From contig OX597833.1 of the NCBI GenBank assembly GCA_951406725.2, forward strand, positions 19,964,001-20,028,000: DNA of 64,000 bases. Reading direction: 5' to 3'. Source of the DNA: Octopus vulgaris (lineage: Eukaryota). Made by a program: the position numbers and the translations under genes. The notes beneath the pieces are model-generated. The model saw nothing but the letters and a program-made list of their open reading frames with translations. It ran no database searches and was not told where the DNA came from. How positions within the stretch are numbered: the first letter of the stretch is position 1; the number at the start of each line of letters is the position of its first letter. Positions 50,492 through 63,547 of the stretch are shown piece after piece.

Positions 50492-50667
50492 ATAGGCGCA
50501 GGAGTGGCTGTGTGGTAAGTAGCTTGTTTACCAACCACATGGTTCCGGGTTCAGTCCCACTGCGTGGCACCTTGGGCAAGTGTCTTCTACTATAACCTCG
50601 GGCCGACCAAAGCCTTGTGAGTGGATTTGGTAGTCGGAAACTGAAAGAAGCCCGTCGTATATATGTT

Positions 50668-50717
<50 letters not shown>

Positions 50718-50897
50718 TGTATGTGTTTGTGTGTCTGTGTTTGTTCCCCTAGCATTGCTTGACAACCGATGCTGGTGTGTTTATGTCCCTGTTACTTAGC
50801 GGTTTGGCAAAAGAGACCGATAGAATAAGTACTGGGCTTACAAAAGAATAAGTCCCGGGGTTGAGTTGCTCGATTACTGAAACAAGTAAAAGTAAAG
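50492..50897 (+). mobile_element. SINE-A, young, with a deletion in the tail
   Basis: Consensus match; GCTCGA joined directly to TTACTGAAACAAG. Confidence 0.95.
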
Positions 50898-51479
50898 TAT
50901 ACCTTTTCTCTTTATTCACATTTCTATAACTACAGGGCATGCCCTAACACATCTCCACCACTATTCTGCTTCTCTTCCAACTGGAGTAAACACTGTACCT
51001 CCCCTATCATATTACTCTCCTGCTAAGTTGAGGAGTCTTCACTTGTGAGTTACATGGCAATTACACAAGAGCTAGTACCATGTAAAAAGCACCCACTACA
51101 TTATGTAAAGTGGTTGGCATTAGGAAGGGTATCCAACCATAGAAACTGTAGCAGGAATATTCAGCAATCATCAGATGCCATAATTTGCTAGAATATTGCC
51201 TATATCATCAACAAAATCTGACCAATCACAACTTCATGCGGAATAGGCTCCAGTGACATCTTTTCCTTTGGTGTGCTTCCTTCTGAGCCTATCGACCAGT
51301 ATAAATTCAGTACATTATGACTATTAGACAGAGAGCTTTGGAATTCAGCAAGGAGAGCATTGACAATCTCTGTAGGAGTTGACCAACAGCAGACAGCAGC
51401 TGACAACATAAAGGTGATGAATAGTTGGAGGATGAACAACATTAGAAGTCAGTAGCCGGCAGAAACTACTAACATTTTA

Positions 51480-51900
51480 AGGTGGCAAGCTGGCAGAAGC
51501 ATTAGCATGCCGGGCAAAATGCTTAGCGGTATTTCGTCTGCCGTTAAGTTCTGAGTTCAAATTCCACCGAGGTCAACTTTGCCTTTCATCCTTTCGGGGT
51601 CGATTAAACAAGTACCAGTTATGCACGGGGGTCGATGTAATCAACTTAATCCCTTTGTCTGTCCTTGTTTGTCCACTCTATGTTTAGCCCCTTGTGGGTA
51701 GTAAAGAAATAGGTATTTCGTCTGCTGCTATGCTCTGAGCTCAAATTCCACCTAGGTCGACTTTGCCTTTCATCCTTTTGGGGTCGATTAAATAAGTACC
51801 AGTTACGCACTGGGGTCAATATAATCGACTTAATCCGTTTGTCTGTCCTTGTTTGTCCCCTCTGTGTGTAGCCCCTTGTGGGCAGTAAAGAAATAAGAAA
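51480..51900 (+). mobile_element. SINE-B dimer
   Basis: Same junction as the trimer, at about 51712. Confidence 0.9.
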
Positions 51901-52680
51901 CTACTAACACTTTATCAGCTGCTACAACTACACCAAGAACAAAAAACTCTCTCAACATTTTGTTGTTCATAGTAATGGCAACTATCATTTTTTTTGTGTG
52001 TGTGTACGTAAAGAATAAAATTTTGTTTATCAAAAATCCCAACAGACTCCTGTAGTTTTCTTCAAACAAAACCATCAAAACAAACGCTGGAGCTTGATGC
52101 AATTCTCAGAAATTGACAGCCCATCGAACCATCTAACCCAATCCACCATGGAAAATGAAAGTTAAATGGTGAAGATGATGATGAATACTCAAGTATTTTA
52201 TATTCAAATAGATGCTTATCAAGGCTCAATTCTCAACTCCTGTTTATTAGAGTTCTCCATGTTATTTATAGATGACTTCAAGGCCAAATGGTTTAGTAAG
52301 CAGCAACAAATACAGAACTCCACTGCCACCAATGAAGTGGATTTGCTAAAGAAGACTACCTACAAATTCTATACAATGTTTTCAATGTGAACTATGGGGG
52401 CATAAACAGAAATCTCAAGCAGGTTGACAGAAAAGCAGGGCAACATATGTAAGAGATCCATAAGAGTAGTTAGCAGTAAAAGCACCGATGAAATGCAATA
52501 TTTCAACAACATAGAAGATTTGCTAGAAATAGTTGTTTCTTTTTACCTAAATGATGCAGACTTGGCTGTGTGGCCAAGAAGCTTGCTTCACGACCATGTG
52601 GTCTTGTGTTCAGTCTCACTGCTCAGTACCTTGAGCAAATGTCTTCCACTATGACCCCAGGCCAACTGAAGCCTATAAGT

Positions 52681-53085
52681 GTAGCTGAGGGGTTAAGAAG
52701 CTTGCTTTTGTAGTCATGTGGTGTTTGGTTCAATCTTACTGCACATATCTTGGGTAGGTGTCTTCTACAGCCCTGGACTGACTAAAACCTTGTGAGTAGA
52801 TTTGATTGACAGAAACTGAAAGAAGCCTGTCATGTGTGTTTGTGTATAGCTTTGTCTAGTCATTACATGATGGTTGTAAATAAGCATCACTGTCATACAA
52901 GCGAGGTTGTTTGTTTACAGTCTCCCATAGGGAAACAAGTCTAGCTATAGGAAAATATCACCTAGCTTGGAAACAAGTTAGGGCTAGCAACAGTATGAGT
53001 ATTTGGCCATTGAAAATCAGCCTTAACAAATTCCATCTGACCTATGCAAGCTTGGAAAACTGGTGATCACGATAATGATGATAAC
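52681..53085 (+). mobile_element. SINE with family-A head but a different body and RTE-type tail
   Basis: Head to GAAACTGAAAGAAGCCTGTC, then CATTACATGATGGTTGTAAAT...TCTGACCTATGCAAGCTTGGAAAA...GATGAT; same body at 5961-6190(-), 44470-44705, 53570-53775, 58215-58437. Confidence 0.75.
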
Positions 53086-53089
53086 CTAA

Positions 53090-53530
53090 TCAGTAACAGG
53101 TGTAGGTATTGTGAAAGCATAGTAGCTAAGGTGAAGAGGGAGTGGACCAAAGTTCAAGAAACTATTTACCCTTTCTGAGTGAAGAGCAGATTGCATGATA
53201 CACGAGCGAAGTGCAATATTGCATGGAAGTAAGTCATGTGCACCAAAAGTAGATGATATGCCAAGGTGAGTATGCACTACAGGATATGTAAAGGCTACTT
53301 GCATAATCAATAGAGTAAAGGTGAGATGACATGAAAACAATGAAAGGCATTGGGGGAATTAGATGAGAGAGAAGATTGCATTAGTACAGACATTTGAGGA
53401 TATCAGCATGAAGGAGTGTCAAGCAATACAAGCAGAAGTACCTTATAGAAGAAGTAGACAACAGAAGACATGGGAAGAAGTGGTGAAATCTCATCACAAG
53501 ATGGTAACCCTTTTGAAGGAAATAACAAAA
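53090..53530 (+). mobile_element. Degraded RTE C-terminal fragment
   Basis: Colinear with 54711-55270 (KF..L, ..AILHGS.., R..KTWEEVVK). Confidence 0.65.
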
Positions 53531-53980
53531 TGAATTAAGTTCGTAGGGTTGAATGTGAGTACATTGCGTGACAGTTGTAAATCAATGACAAGCAACGTCA
53601 TTCATTTCCAGTTTTCTGAGAGAACATGTCAAGCCATGGGGAAATATTAGAAAGCTTGGAAATAGGTAAGGATTGGTGACAGGAAGGGCATCAAGCTGTA
53701 GAAAATCTGCCTCAATATACTGTGTCTGACTCACTCAAGCACTGGTGAGTGGACATTAAAATAATGATGACGATGAGGACAACAACAATGATGATAAGAA
53801 AAAAAAACTGAGTAGGCACAGGCATGGTTGTGTGGTTAAGAAGCTCGCTTTGCAACCATGTGGTTTCAGGTTCAGTCCCACTGTACAGTACCTCATAGTA
53901 TAAGTGCCTTATACTATAACTTTGGGCTGTGAGTAAATTTGGTAGGTGAAAACTATATAGAAGGCCACTGTCTGTGTGTG

Positions 53981-54012
<32 letters not shown>

Positions 54013-54015
<3 letters not shown>

Positions 54016-55295
54016 TCATCATCATCATCATCGTCGTTTAGCATCCGTTTTCCATGCTAGCATGGGTTGGACGGTTCTACTGGGGTCTGTGAAGCCAGAA
54101 GGCTTCATCAGGCCCAGTCAAATCTGGCAGTGTTTCTACGGCTGGATGCCCTTCCTAACGCCAACCACTCCGTGAGTGTAGTGGGTGCTTTTTACGTGCC
54201 ACCCGCACAGGTGCCAGACAGAGCTGGCAAACGGCCACGAACGGATGGTGCTTTTTATGTGCCACCGGCACAAGGGCCAGGCGAGGCTGGCAACGGACAT
54301 GAAACGGGGCGGTGCTGGCAACGGTCACGAAACGGAAGGTTCTCTTACATGCCACCGGCACTGGTAACACATCTGCAATTTCCATTGATCGATTTCCATT
54401 CTGATCCTCACTTGCCTCAACGGGTCTTCACAAGTAGAGTTTCTTCATGCCACCGGCACTGGTAACACATCTGCAATTTCCATTGATCGATTTCCATTCT
54501 GATCCTCACTTGCCTCAACGGGTCTACACAAGTAGAGTTTCGACATGCCACCGGCACTGGTAACACATCTGCAATTTCCATTGATCGATTTCGATTCTGA
54601 TCCTCACTTGCCTCAACAGGTCTTCACAAGTAGAGTTTTGTGTCCCAAGAAGGGAAGGTATGCATACTTAGGCTGGCTCCATCCCATGTAGAAGGCCACG
54701 GGTTATGGACTCACTTGTCCTGCCGGGTCTTCTCGCGCACAGCACACTTCCAGAGGACTCGGTCTCTAGTCATTTCCTCAGTGAGACCTAAAGTTCGAAG
54801 GTCGTGCTTCACCACCTCGTCCCAGGTTTTCCTGGGTCTGCCTCTTCCACAGGTTCCCTCAACCGCTAGGGTGTGGCACTTTTTCACACAACTATCTTCA
54901 TCCATTCTCGCCACATGACCATACCAGCGCAATCGTCTCTCTTGCACACCACAACTGATGCTTCTTAGGTCCAGCTTTTCTCTCAAGGTACTTACACTCT
55001 GTTGATTATGAACACTGACATTACACATCCATCGGAGCATACTGGCTTCATTTCTTGCAAGCTTACGCATATCCTCAGCAGTCACAGCCCATGTTTCACT
55101 GCCATGTAGCATGGCTGTTCGTACACACGCATCATACAGTCTGCCTTTCACTCTGTGCGAGAGGCCTTTTGTCACCAGCAGAGGTAAGAGCTCTCTGAAC
55201 TTTGCCCAAGCTATTCTTACTCTAGCAGTTACACTTTCAGCACACCCGCCCCCGCTACTGACTTGGTCACCTAGGTAACGGAAACTATCAACTAT
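54013..55295 (-). mobile_element. Young 5'-truncated RTE LINE: open C-terminal ORF (55295-54711), ~700-nt 3'UTR, (GAT)n tail; sits in the microsatellite of a SINE-A (53813-55470)
   Basis: VDSFRYLGD...RVRIAWAKFRELLPLL...KGRLYDACVRTAMLHGSETW...RRLRWYGHVARM...GRGRPRKTW, no stops over about 190 codons. Confidence 0.95.
54348..54638. repeat. Three tandem 98-bp units in the RTE 3'UTR
   Basis: CATGCCACCGGCACTGGTAACAC...AGTAGAGTTT starting at 54348, 54446, 54544. Confidence 0.95.
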
Positions 55296-56339
55296 AAATA
55301 TATATATATATACGATGATGATGATGATGTATATAGTGTGTTTGTTCCTCCTACATTGCTTGACAACTAGTATTGGTTTGTTTACATTCCCATAACTCAG
55401 CAGTTCAAGCAAAGAGCTCAATAGAATAAGTACCAGACTTAAAAAAAAAAAAAATATCAAGTACTGAGTTCAGTTTTGTAAAAAGTAAAGAAAAAAAAGT
55501 AAAAGGTGACCCAGTTCTGATTCTGACCTCTAGCTATTTCCCTTATTTTCTTTCTTTCATTAGAACTCCTGTTTCCACCTTGCCCTTCTCAAAATCAATA
55601 AAACTAACTCATCCATTGCTAAATGGCTCTGATTATGAGACAAAGAAATCAAACAATTCACACAGGCAATGGGGTAAATAAATACTGCTTGATCGATCGA
55701 TGCCCCCCCCCTAATTCACGCCATTCAACCATGAAGTACAAGTACCTTTTATAAACATGTAAAGTGAGATCATTAAGCAACTGTCTTCGTTTACCGAGCT
55801 AACGAATACAAAAATACATATTAGATTAGTTTAATTGGCAAATGTAAAAAATCACAAGCAATGCAATGAATATCTTTTTTTCATTCTTCTACTGGTTTCA
55901 GTCTATGAACTCTGGCCATGCTGGGGCATCACTTACAAGGGTTTTAGTGCTGGATAGTTTTTTTTTCTCTCTTGCTTATTTTATCTTGTAAAAGATGAAG
56001 TAGCCAAGTTCACTTTGATGGAAAGGTATATATGCCAAGTTAGGCTAAATAATATAAATATAGATAATATAAACATATAATTTCTCTCTCTCTCTCCATC
56101 ATCATCATCATCGTTTAACGTCCGTTTTCCGCGCTAGCACGGGTTGGACGGTTTCGACCGGGGTCTGGGGAGCTCGGGACTGCCCCAGGCTCCAATCTAG
56201 TCTGGCAGTGTTTCTACAGCTGGATGCCCTTCCTAACGCCAACCACTCCGCGAGTGTAGTGGGTGTTTTTTACGTGCCACCTGCACAGGTGCCAGAGGGG
56301 TCTGGCAACGGCCACGTTCGGATGGTGCTTTTTATGTGG

Positions 56340-57090
56340 GGGGGTGGTGCAGAAATATAGGGGAGCACCAGTGGGGAGGGGTGGTTCAGAGAAATGATGA
56401 CAGGTTCTAGGCAAGTAGAACGTAGGATATCGAGAGAGGGGTAATGCATGGTGAAATAGCGTATTGATGAGGGGGGTTCGAAGAGTAGACACCTATAATG
56501 GTGGTGGGAGAAGCGACATCCGGTATAGATGGAGCAAAATATAGAGATATCCAGTATTGGTGGTGGGGGTGGGCAGGGCGGGTGAAGATACGAAGTTTGA
56601 TTTTAGACGAATGAAGATAGATAGATAGATAGATAGAGAAATTAGATAGATAGAGAAATTTGATAAATAGTTAGACAGAAAGAGAAACATAAATAAATGG
56701 TAACCGAAGTGAAAATTAAGCATTCAACTTATCTGCACTCAGGACTACAGCTTGTGGATGAATGAGAGAGTGAGAGAGAGAGAGAGAGAATGAGAGAACA
56801 TATGTGTATTAGAAGGGACATACTTCAAGATGGCGCGAAGATACGAAGTTTGATTTTAGACGAATGTAGATAGATAGATAGATAGATAGATAGAGAAATT
56901 AGATAGATAGAGAAATTTGATAAATAGTTAGACAGATAGAGAAACATAAGAGGGAGTATCCGGTGTAGATGGTGAGAACAGTGTTCACCGGTATTGGTGG
57001 TGGGGGTGGGAGGGCGGGCGCACCGCGCATTGGGAGAAGATGAGGTTTTAGGCGGCAGAAAGAAGACAGGATTGAGATGAAATGCTTATA
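56340..57090. repeat. Purine-rich element with permuted internal duplication and (GATA)n
   Basis: Blocks B(56519-56581)+A(56585-56691), then A(56838-56949)+B(56959-57018). Confidence 0.7.
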
Positions 57091-57129
57091 TATATATATA
57101 TATATATATACTTCTTTTATATATGTTCT

Positions 57130-57510
57130 TTTATTCTTTTACTTGTTTCAGTCATTTGACTGCAGCCATGCTGGAGCGTCACCTTAAAGGGCTTTTAGTT
57201 GAAGAAATCTACCCCAGGACTTATTCTTTGTAAGCCTAGTACTTATTCTATCAGTTTCTTTGCTGAACTGCTAAGTTACTGGGACAAAAACACACCAACA
57301 TTGGTTGTCAAGCAATTGGGGGGGGGGCAAACACACACACAAAACTATGTACATACATACATACATATATATGATGTCTACCAAATCCACTCACAAGGCT
57401 TTGGTCAGTCCAAGGCTATAGTAAAAGTCACTTGCCTGAGGTACCATACAGTGGGACTGAACCTGGGACCATGTAGCTGGGAAGCAAGCTTCTTACCACA
57501 CACCCACACC
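57130..57510 (-). mobile_element. SINE-A
   Basis: Consensus match. Confidence 0.9.
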
Positions 57511-57521
57511 TATATAAATAT

Positions 57522-57569
<48 letters not shown>

Positions 57570-58449
57570 CTCATGATCATGTGATCAACCAGATCAGATA
57601 TTATACATAGCTGGTCACAATGCACTTTGCATCAATTTTTAACTTTCAAATGATGCTAGTGCACTGATAAGGTGAGCAGGCCAACAGTCCTCCTGATCAG
57701 AAGCTACTCTGTCACAGGGTTACCTGATTACAGCTGAATGGACTGAAGCAACGTGAAATGAAAGAGCACAACATGCTGCTCAGTCTGGGAATCGAACCCA
57801 CAATCTAGTAATCATGAGTGCAACACCCTAACCACACACACACATTCTCAACCATGTGGTATTGGGTTCAGTCCTACTGTGTGGCACTTTGGACGAATGT
57901 CTTCTAATATAACTTTGGGTTGACCAAAGCCTTGTGAGTTGATTTGGCAGGCAAAAACCATCTGAAAGCCTGTCATATAAACACACACACACACAAAGCA
58001 TGAAAAGCGGATGTTAAATGATGATGATGATGATGATACCTGTACATTGCCTATATAGCCTTATTTTCGTTCTTATTCCCACAGATCCTGTATCCCTTAA
58101 CTCAAAGTTAGATTTTAGGCACTTAGTCTGGTTTGAGACACTTATTGTGTGTACCTATTATATACCTTATTCACATTTTCTTTCTAGTATATGTGCATGT
58201 GTGTGTGTGTCCCCATGGTTAGACATCAAGTGATAGCTGTAAATGAGCATTATTGTCATATAAGTGAGGTGGTTCATTTCTAGCTTTCTGTGAAAAACCC
58301 TGTTTAGCTTTGGGAAAATATTATCTTGCCAGGAAACAGGTGAGGGGAATGGTAACAAGAAAGGGTTTCCAGCTGTAGAAACTCTGCATCAAACAAATCC
58401 TGTCTGACCCATGCTAGCATGGGAAAGTGGACGTCAAATATTCTTTTTA

Positions 58450-58874
58450 TACTGTAGGCACAATGCCCGAAATTTTTGGGGAGGGGGCCAGCCAATTAGA
58501 TCAATCTCAGTATGTTACTAGTACTTAATTTATCGACCCCTGAAAGGATGAAAGGCAAAGTCGACCTTGGCAGAATTTGAACTCAGAATGTAAAGACAGA
58601 TGAAATACTGCTAAGTATTTCACCCAGCATGCTAACGTTTCTTATTTCTTTATTGCCCACAAGGGGCTAAACATAGAGGAGACAAATAAGGACAGACAAA
58701 TGGATTAAGTCGATTACATTGACCCCAGTGCATAACTGGTACTTAATTTATTGACCACGAAAGGATGAAAGGCAAAGTCGACCTCGGTGGAATTTGAACT
58801 CAGAATGTAGCGGCAGACGAAATACCGCTAAGCATTTCACGCGGCATGCTAACATTTCTGCCAGCTCGCCACCT
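58450..58874 (-). mobile_element. SINE-B (young tail) fused to a headless older-tail SINE-B
   Basis: Minus junction AAAGAAATAAGAAACGTTAGCATG at about 58640. Confidence 0.85.
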
Positions 58875-59509
58875 TTGGATATTAAATGTTGATGATGGTG
58901 ATATGATGATGATGATCATGATGATGACAGTGATAATGATGATGATGAGGAGGAGTAGTTGTGAGGTCTGTGCTTTCCACAAGTTCATTAGCGGTATGAG
59001 CGAAGTGATACGGCAACAGCCACTGATGAAAATTATGTAACAGATTCAGCTGGCCAGCAACTTATCTCTACTGTTCTGGCATTCAGTGTGTGCAAGTGAT
59101 ATGCAGAGATATTTCCTAAACACAAAAGCTTTTAGTAGAAAGCATAGCCATTAGTAAACATTCTCTGAATCAGATGATACAAATTAACGTACCATTGAAC
59201 AATGAAGCAAAGTTGTTGATGTTGTTTAGTTCAAAGTAGGTCCTGGTTAAACAGGCCTATGATCAAAGATATTTGTTCTAGCCATGACAGTTATGCCTTT
59301 CAATCAGACAGTGGATCCTATACTTTGTATCTTTTACGTGTTTCAGTTATTGGACTGTGGTCATGCTGGGGCACTGCTTCAAAGGGTTTAGTCCAAGAAA
59401 CCAACCCTAGTACTCACTTTTTAACTCTGATACTTATTCTATTGGCCCCTTTTATCAAAGCACACACACACACATATCGGTAGCTAGACAAATACTATGA
59501 GCTTCCACA

Positions 59510-59914
59510 GGTGCAGGGGTGGCTGGGTGGTAAGTAGCTTGCTTACCAACCACATGGTTCTGGGTTCAGTCCCAGTGTGTGGCACCTTGGGCAAAGTGTC
59601 TTCTACTATAGCCTTGGGCCTGACCAAAGCCTTGTGAGTGGATTTGGTAGATGGAAACTGAAAGAAGCCTGTCGTATATATGTATATGTATATATATTTG
59701 TGTGTGTATGTGTTTGTCCCCCCAACATTGCTTAACAACCGATGCTGGTCTCTTTGCATCCCCGAGACTTAGCGGTTTGGCAAAAGAGACTGATAGATTA
59801 AGTACTAGGCTTACAAAGAATAAGTCCCGGGGTTGATTTGCTTGACTAAAAGGCAGTGCTCCAGCATGGCCACAGTCAAATAACTGTAGCAAGTAAAAAA
59901 GTAAAAGAAAAGAG
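59510..59914 (+). mobile_element. SINE-A inserted in an older opposite-strand SINE-A (59325-60035)
   Basis: Older copy tail 59325-59480, head 59915-60035. Confidence 0.85.
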
Positions 59915-60074
59915 TACCAAATTCACTCACTAGGTCTATAGTAGGAGGCTCTTGCCCAAGGTGTCATGCCGTGGGACTGAACCCGAAACCACAACCACAT
60001 GGTTGGAAAGTGAACTTCTTAATCACACAGCCTGCATCTATCTAGGACTATATTTTGTAATGTATCTCTCTTTT

Positions 60075-60277
60075 TTTTTTACTCTTTTACTTGCTTCAGT
60101 CATTTGACTGTGGCCATGCTGGAGCACCACCTTTAGTTGAGCAAATCAACCCCAGGACTTATTCTTTGGAAGCCTATCAGTCTCTTTTGCTGAACTGCTA
60201 AGTTACATGGATGTAACACATCAGCATCAGTTGTCAAGTGATGTTGGGGGGACAAACAGACACATACACACACACAT

Positions 60278-60321
<44 letters not shown>

Positions 60322-60495
60322 CATATATATGACGGGCTTCTTTCAGTTTCCGTCTACAAAATGCACTCACAAGGCTTTGGTTGGCCCGAGGCTATAGTAG
60401 AAGACACTTACCCAAGGTGCCACACAGTGGGACCGAGCCCGGAACCATGTGGTTGGTAAGCAACCTACTTACCACACAGCCACTCCTACACCTAT
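60075..60495 (-). mobile_element. SINE-A, full length
   Basis: Consensus match. Confidence 0.95.
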
Positions 60496-61279
60496 GCACA
60501 CAACCACTTCTACGCTTCTTCATTTATTTTTCCTGTTTGTTAAAATAATAGGGTGTTATTTGAGGGAGCTTTGGTTGCTATTTCCAGAAGCTCCCCTCCA
60601 CAGAAGGAGGACTTTGGAAGAATTGTTTCAGTGTTTGTTTTTATAGAGAAACACATTTAACAGTGTGTTGTACAGTAATGTCTTCTTGTCTGTGAAATCT
60701 GAGAAGTAAACATGAAGAAACTGCAAAAGATGATAAGATATACCAGACTGGATGGGAAAAATAAATCTAATATTATTAATTTAGATAAGCAGCTGTGAAT
60801 TAAAAGCATCAGATTTTATCAATTAAAACAGACAAGAAGAAAAAAAGTAAAGAGTCAGTAAAGCAAACACAAAAAAAAACTAGAAAAAAAAGGGTGCAAA
60901 AATTGTAGATTAGTACTACAAGGGTGGTAAGAAAAGAAAAAGACTTAAGTAAAATTTGAAACCACTTAAATGGTTGAGTTTGGCTTACAAAGTGGTTCAA
61001 GTTAGGACAAAGTGTCGGAGAGGTTACTTAAACAGTCTCGCGTGACATCATCAATGCAATGAGAAAAAGACGAGCATACTGATGGTGGTGGTGGTGATGA
61101 TGATGATGACTTTGAAGTATGTTAGCTGGTAAAAAGCAATCATCCCAAAACCAAATAACTATATTTAGTAACAAATCAATTGCAAAAGCAGTAGAACCAC
61201 TAGCTTGCTTTTATATCTAAATATTCAATAAGGTTTGCAGCCCACAAAACTACACAGACCTCAACAAAGAAGAAAAAAA

Positions 61280-61554
61280 CATACATACACATATATATAT
61301 ATACATATATACATATATATATATATATACACATATATATATACATATACATACATATATATATACATATACATACATATATATATACATAGATATATAC
61401 ACATATATATATATACATATACATACATATATACATAGATATATACACATATATATATATATATATATACATACATATATATACACATACATATATATAC
61501 ACATATATATATATACACATACATATATATACACATACATATATATATATATAT

Positions 61555-61650
<96 letters not shown>
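61280..61650. repeat. (TA/TACA)n microsatellite
   Basis: Directly visible. Confidence 0.95.
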
Positions 61651-61653
<3 letters not shown>

Positions 61654-62033
61654 AACTTACTATCTTTCAATGATTATTCAGTGTACCAATATCCTGCAAT
61701 CAGAAACAACATGAAAAATGAAAGAACTTCAAAATGGTAAAATGTGGTAAAACAAAAAAAAACAAAAAACAAACAAACAACAAAAACAAAAAAAAAAAAG
61801 TGGGAGGGGAATAACAAAATAAAAGACCTTTCCAATGAAGCCAAAAAAAAAGAAAAAAAAAAAAAGAAAACTAACCAAATGAATGAATAAATAAATAAAT
61901 AAATAAATAAAAGTAGCCAAATTACATGTTTATCGGTCATTAAAATATTTATCGCATAGCGTTATTATGATTCTGGAATTTACATAAAACAATGTCATAA
62001 ACGTGCAGTTTATTGACAGAAACAGTGAGCATG

Positions 62034-62036
<3 letters not shown>

Positions 62037-62102
<66 letters not shown>

Positions 62103-62137
62103 TGTGTGTGTGAGTGTGTGTGTGTGAGTGAGTGTGT

Positions 62138-62182
<45 letters not shown>

Positions 62183-62359
62183 CGAGTGTGTGTGTGTGTG
62201 TGTGAGCGAGTGTGTGTGTGTGAGCGAGTGAGTGTGTGTGTGTGTGAGTGTGTGTGTGTGAGAGAGAGAGCGAGTGTGTATGTGTCTGTGTGTGTGTGTG
62301 TGTGAGTGTGTGAGCAAGTGTGTGTGTGTGTGTGTGTGTGTCTGTGTGTGTGTGTGTGT
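62037..62359. repeat. (GT)n/(GAGT) microsatellite, about 320 bp
   Basis: Directly visible. Confidence 0.95.
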
Positions 62360-63137
62360 AAAGGAGAGACTTAAAAGGTATTACTACACTGAATGCAATA
62401 ATATCAGCTGCAAGAAAATTGTATAGGTATAGATAATAATTTCTGGAGAAATGGTTGTTAGCTGCTTGGGAAGTGAAGAGGGGTGAGTTGGCTGTTATGG
62501 CAGAGTATTGGTTTTTGAATTCGGTAATAGAGAATTAGAGAAATGGAGAGGCAGAGTGATTTTGTTTCGATAAATTAAAAGAACAAACTAAATTTGTAAT
62601 TTGTGCTGTCAATCAATATTTATCTCATCAAAATGTGAGAGCTGATTATTTTATTTTCTCATTTTTAGCTATCTGTATTAAAGAGAGAGAGATTATCGTT
62701 GCTAACTTCAATAGAGTACCTCTCCAAGGTATATCTATAGTAAGAGAGAGAGAGCAATGGAACCTCTACATGGTTGATATAACTGCTAGTAATAGCAGCC
62801 ACATCTCCCTCAAATCACACTCTACCATCTTAGAAAACGAATAACACATTGAATAATGTTGTCCTGATAAAAAAAAATGAAAAAAAAAGAGGATGGTCAA
62901 GGCTGGAACACATTCCATCTGCAAGTGTCTTTTGCTGTAACCCCAGGCCAACCAATGACTTGGGAATGAATCTGAGAGACAAAAAACTATGTGGAAGTCC
63001 TTTTGTGGGTGTGTGAGTGAGCGCGCACGCATGTATGCCTGTTCTTATGTCTGTGTTTGTTTCCCCCACTGCTTGACAACCAATATTGGTTTGTTTATGT
63101 CCCTGTAATATAGCATTTTGGCAAAAAAAAAAAAAGA

Positions 63138-63547
63138 CAGGTGAAGGAGTGGCTGTGTGGTAAGTAGCTTGCTTACCAACCACATGGTTCCGGGTTCAGT
63201 CCCACTGCATGGCATCTTGGGCAAGTGTCTTCTGCTATAGCCTCGGGCCGACCAAAGCCTTGTGAGTGGATTTGGTAGACGGAAACTGAAAGAAGCCTGT
63301 CGTATATATGTATAGGTATATATATGTATGTATGTGTGTGTGTGTCTGTGTTTGTCCCCCTAGCATTGCTTGAAAACTGATGCTGGTGTGTTTACATCCC
63401 CGTAACTTAGTGGTTCGGCAAAAGAGACCGATAGAATAAGTACTGGTCTTACAAAGAATAAGTCCTGGGGTCGATTTGCTCGACTAAAGGCGGTGCTCCA
63501 GCATGGCCGCAGTCAAAATGACTGAAACAAGTAAAAGAGTAAAGAGT
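63138..63547 (+). mobile_element. Young SINE-A nested in an older SINE-A (62900-63640)
   Basis: Older copy breaks after TTTGGCAAAAAA and resumes at GACCAATGGAATAAGTAC. Confidence 0.9.

Noticed and set aside
51200-51442. 80-aa ORF with a hydrophobic N-terminus as a secreted peptide
   Set aside because: An adjacent frame reads DFVDDIGNIL, like RT motif DFADDIALL, so it is more likely a decayed LINE fragment; no splice support
32144-60459. Recurring ORFs such as YDGLLSVSVYQIHSQGFG...CPRCHAVGLNPEPCGW and MPKVPRSGTEPGTMWLVSKLL
   Set aside because: Translations of SINE-A; copies carry frameshifts and no shared reading frame
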